NCBI RefSeq assembly: GCF_004010195.1
Contig: NC_057718.1
Coordinates: 31,519,479-31,583,478, forward strand
Direction: 5' to 3'
Source of the DNA: Chiloscyllium plagiosum
Taxonomy: Eukaryota
Length of the DNA stretch: 64,000 nucleotides
The position numbers and the translations under genes are program-made. A model generated the notes under the pieces. It ran no database searches and was not told the origin of the DNA. It saw only the letters and a program-made list of their open reading frames with translations. Positions 61,967 to 64,000 of this stretch are shown in pieces. How positions within the stretch are numbered: position 1 is the stretch's first letter; the number at the start of each line of letters is the position of its first letter.

Positions 61967-62229
61967 TGGGTCAGAGTGGAGTTGTTCGGCCAAATGGCCT
62001 ATTTCCACACTGTAGGGATTCCATGATAAAAGTAGGAAAGGTCCACATTTTTTGCATTCAAACTCGACCATCCATGAAACATGAGTTCTCTCCATTTATC
62101 ATGTTGGTGCTTTCAGTTCTTCTCTACAATAGGTTTTACTGAAAACTCACTGAACTGGTTGGCCAAATTCATAACTCATGCTTTCTCATCACTTGTGTAG
62201 CTGTACAACTGAATGGAGAGAAACTGCAG

Positions 62230-62408
62230 AAAGTTTGGGAGAAGATTTGTAGCTCGGGTGCTCGTTGTTGTGGTTCTGTTCGCCGAGCTGGGAATTTGTG
62301 TTGCAGACGTTTCGTCCCCTGTCTAGGTGACATCCTCAGTGCTTGGGAGCCTCCTGTGAAGCACTTCTGTGATCTTTCCTCCGGCATTTATAGTGGCCTG
62401 TCTCTGCC
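62230..62408 (-). mobile_element. Young Penelope-like element terminus (CpG-rich), runs into gap
   Basis: Homologous to the 53000-53088 pLTR; many intact CpGs. Confidence 0.8.
62303..62342 (-). ncRNA. Minimal hammerhead ribozyme motif with intact core and GUC triplet
   Basis: GCA-CUGAGGA-U-GUCACC-uagaca-GGGGAC-GAAAC-GUC-UGC. Confidence 0.75.
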
Positions 62409-62847
62409 NNNNNNNNNNNNNNNNNNNNNNNNNNNNNNNNNNNNNNNNNNNNNNNNNNNNNNNNNNNNNNNNNNNNNNNNNNNNNNNNNNNNNNNNNNNN
62501 NNNNNNNNNNNNNNNNNNNNNNNNNNNNNNNNNNNNNNNNNNNNNNNNNNNNNNNNNNNNNNNNNNNNNNNNNNNNNNNNNNNNNNNNNNNNNNNNNNNN
62601 NNNNNNNNNNNNNNNNNNNNNNNNNNNNNNNNNNNNNNNNNNNNNNNNNNNNNNNNNNNNNNNNNNNNNNNNNNNNNNNNNNNNNNNNNNNNNNNNNNNN
62701 NNNNNNNNNNNNNNNNNNNNNNNNNNNNNNNNNNNNNNNNNNNNNNNNNNNNNNNNNNNNNNNNNNNNNNNNNNNNNNNNNNNNNNNNNNNNNNNNNNNN
62801 NNNNNNNNNNNNNNNNNNNNNNNNNNNNNNNNNNNNNNNNNNNNNNN

Positions 62848-62950
62848 ACCTGCACATCTTTGGACTGTGGGAGGAAACCGGAGCACCCGGAGGAAACCCA
62901 CGCAGACACGGGGAGAACATGCAAACTCCACACAGTTAGTCGCCTGAGGT
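62848..62950 (-). mobile_element. HE1-type V-SINE fragment
   Basis: acctgcacatctttggactgtgggaggaaaccggagcacccggaggaaacccacgcagacac V-domain. Confidence 0.85.
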
Positions 62951-63840
62951 GGGAAATGGTTGGCCAAAGAATGTAACATCATCTGTCTTACAAACAGATA
63001 ATTATTAAAGATTGCCAACAAACTATGGTCATGGCTTCTGTTGTTTAACCTTAAAAAAATTGTGCTGCTAATGTCTATTCACAAGGACAGATTTGTATGC
63101 CAAACTTTTACATGAGTTCAGTATTTCAGCACAAATGACTCATGGCTCGTCTAGACGTGCATTGTATTCTGCCACAGGTGTAGGCAAAAGGTGACACAAC
63201 ATTGAGCAAAGTGAGACTAATTCTTCAGTTCATATTGACAGAAGTGTTGCCACAATGGATGGTGCCACCAGAGAAAATAACCTGTTGATTCAGTCAGTGG
63301 TATGATTCCCAATTTAATAGATGACAAAAGCTATTGATGGAAACATATTGATTTCATCCTAGGCCAGCTGATACCCACTTCAGTTTCTTTGAATAGATGG
63401 CAAATAGCCACTGAGCTCAGTTATGTCAAACAAATACAGTATCTGTGCTAAAAGATAATTACAACCAACAGCCCTGTTCTAGGTTAAGTCATTATTTTCT
63501 CTATAGTGCTCTTCAAGAATTTGAAATCAGAATACCATTTTGACAAAGGCCTGATTCAATGGAAAATACAATCAATAATTGGTTTCCAATGCAAAGATAA
63601 ATCAGTATATCATTATACAAAACCCAAAACATTTAATTCATTTACTCATACAGTCAAATCAATTGTTACTGGCCAAAAGTCTTCACAATTGAAAAGTGAA
63701 GACTGTGGGAAGTACTGTCCTGTTATGCTCCTGTAAAGTGTCTTTGGATGACCTCTTGACATAAAGGCACTTTACAAATGTAACTTGTTGCGTATAGTGA
63801 TCCATTAAAAATTCCCACTTTACTTCCTATTTTACCTGTA

Positions 63841-64000
63841 CAGGTAGTTCTTCTATAACGCGATGGTTGCAATCTTATGCAGCCCCGTGTTCCAGAAAAA
63901 TTGCACTTTAGAAACAGTGCTTAAAGGTTTAAAAGTTTTAAAAGTTTACGCTTTAGAAACAGTATCCCGAATTTGTCAATTGCATTACAGTGTATTTGCA
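63841..64000. mobile_element. Possible Tc1/mariner (pogo/Tigger-like) MITE left end
   Basis: ta|CAGGTAGTTCTTCTATAACGCG terminus followed by internal repeats (ctttagaaacagt x2); other end outside window. Confidence 0.4.

Overview
Eukaryotic, repeat-dense, mostly non-coding DNA from a scaffolded assembly with six N-gaps. An HE1-type V-SINE, abundant CR1 LINEs and Deu-type SINE pieces point to a cartilaginous fish, probably a shark (inference). Roughly half the window is transposon-derived. (1) More than 15 CR1-clade LINE pieces, including two near-full-length copies (7520-11432, 36540-40109) with SGNH-esterase ORF1 and APE/RT ORF2. (2) Penelope-like elements (PLEs) of Neptune and Poseidon type, several with clear target-site duplications (TSDs) and minimal hammerhead-ribozyme motifs. 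(3) Short palindromic PLE-derived elements, L2 remnants, three SINE types and probable solo LTRs. (4) Decayed PIF/Harbinger Myb/SANT gene remnants. No host protein-coding gene could be identified with confidence; a few unique-sequence segments have exon-like splice signals (6408-6545, 7171-7218, 57442-57707) and are reported as hypotheses only. The most notable directly visible features are a graded series of same-family PLE insertions down to a 21-nt micro-insertion with a 12-bp TSD, an intact-looking hammerhead core at 62303-62342, and a perfect 16-bp hairpin in unique DNA at 12150-12200. No prokaryote-type system (CRISPR, operon etc.) is present.
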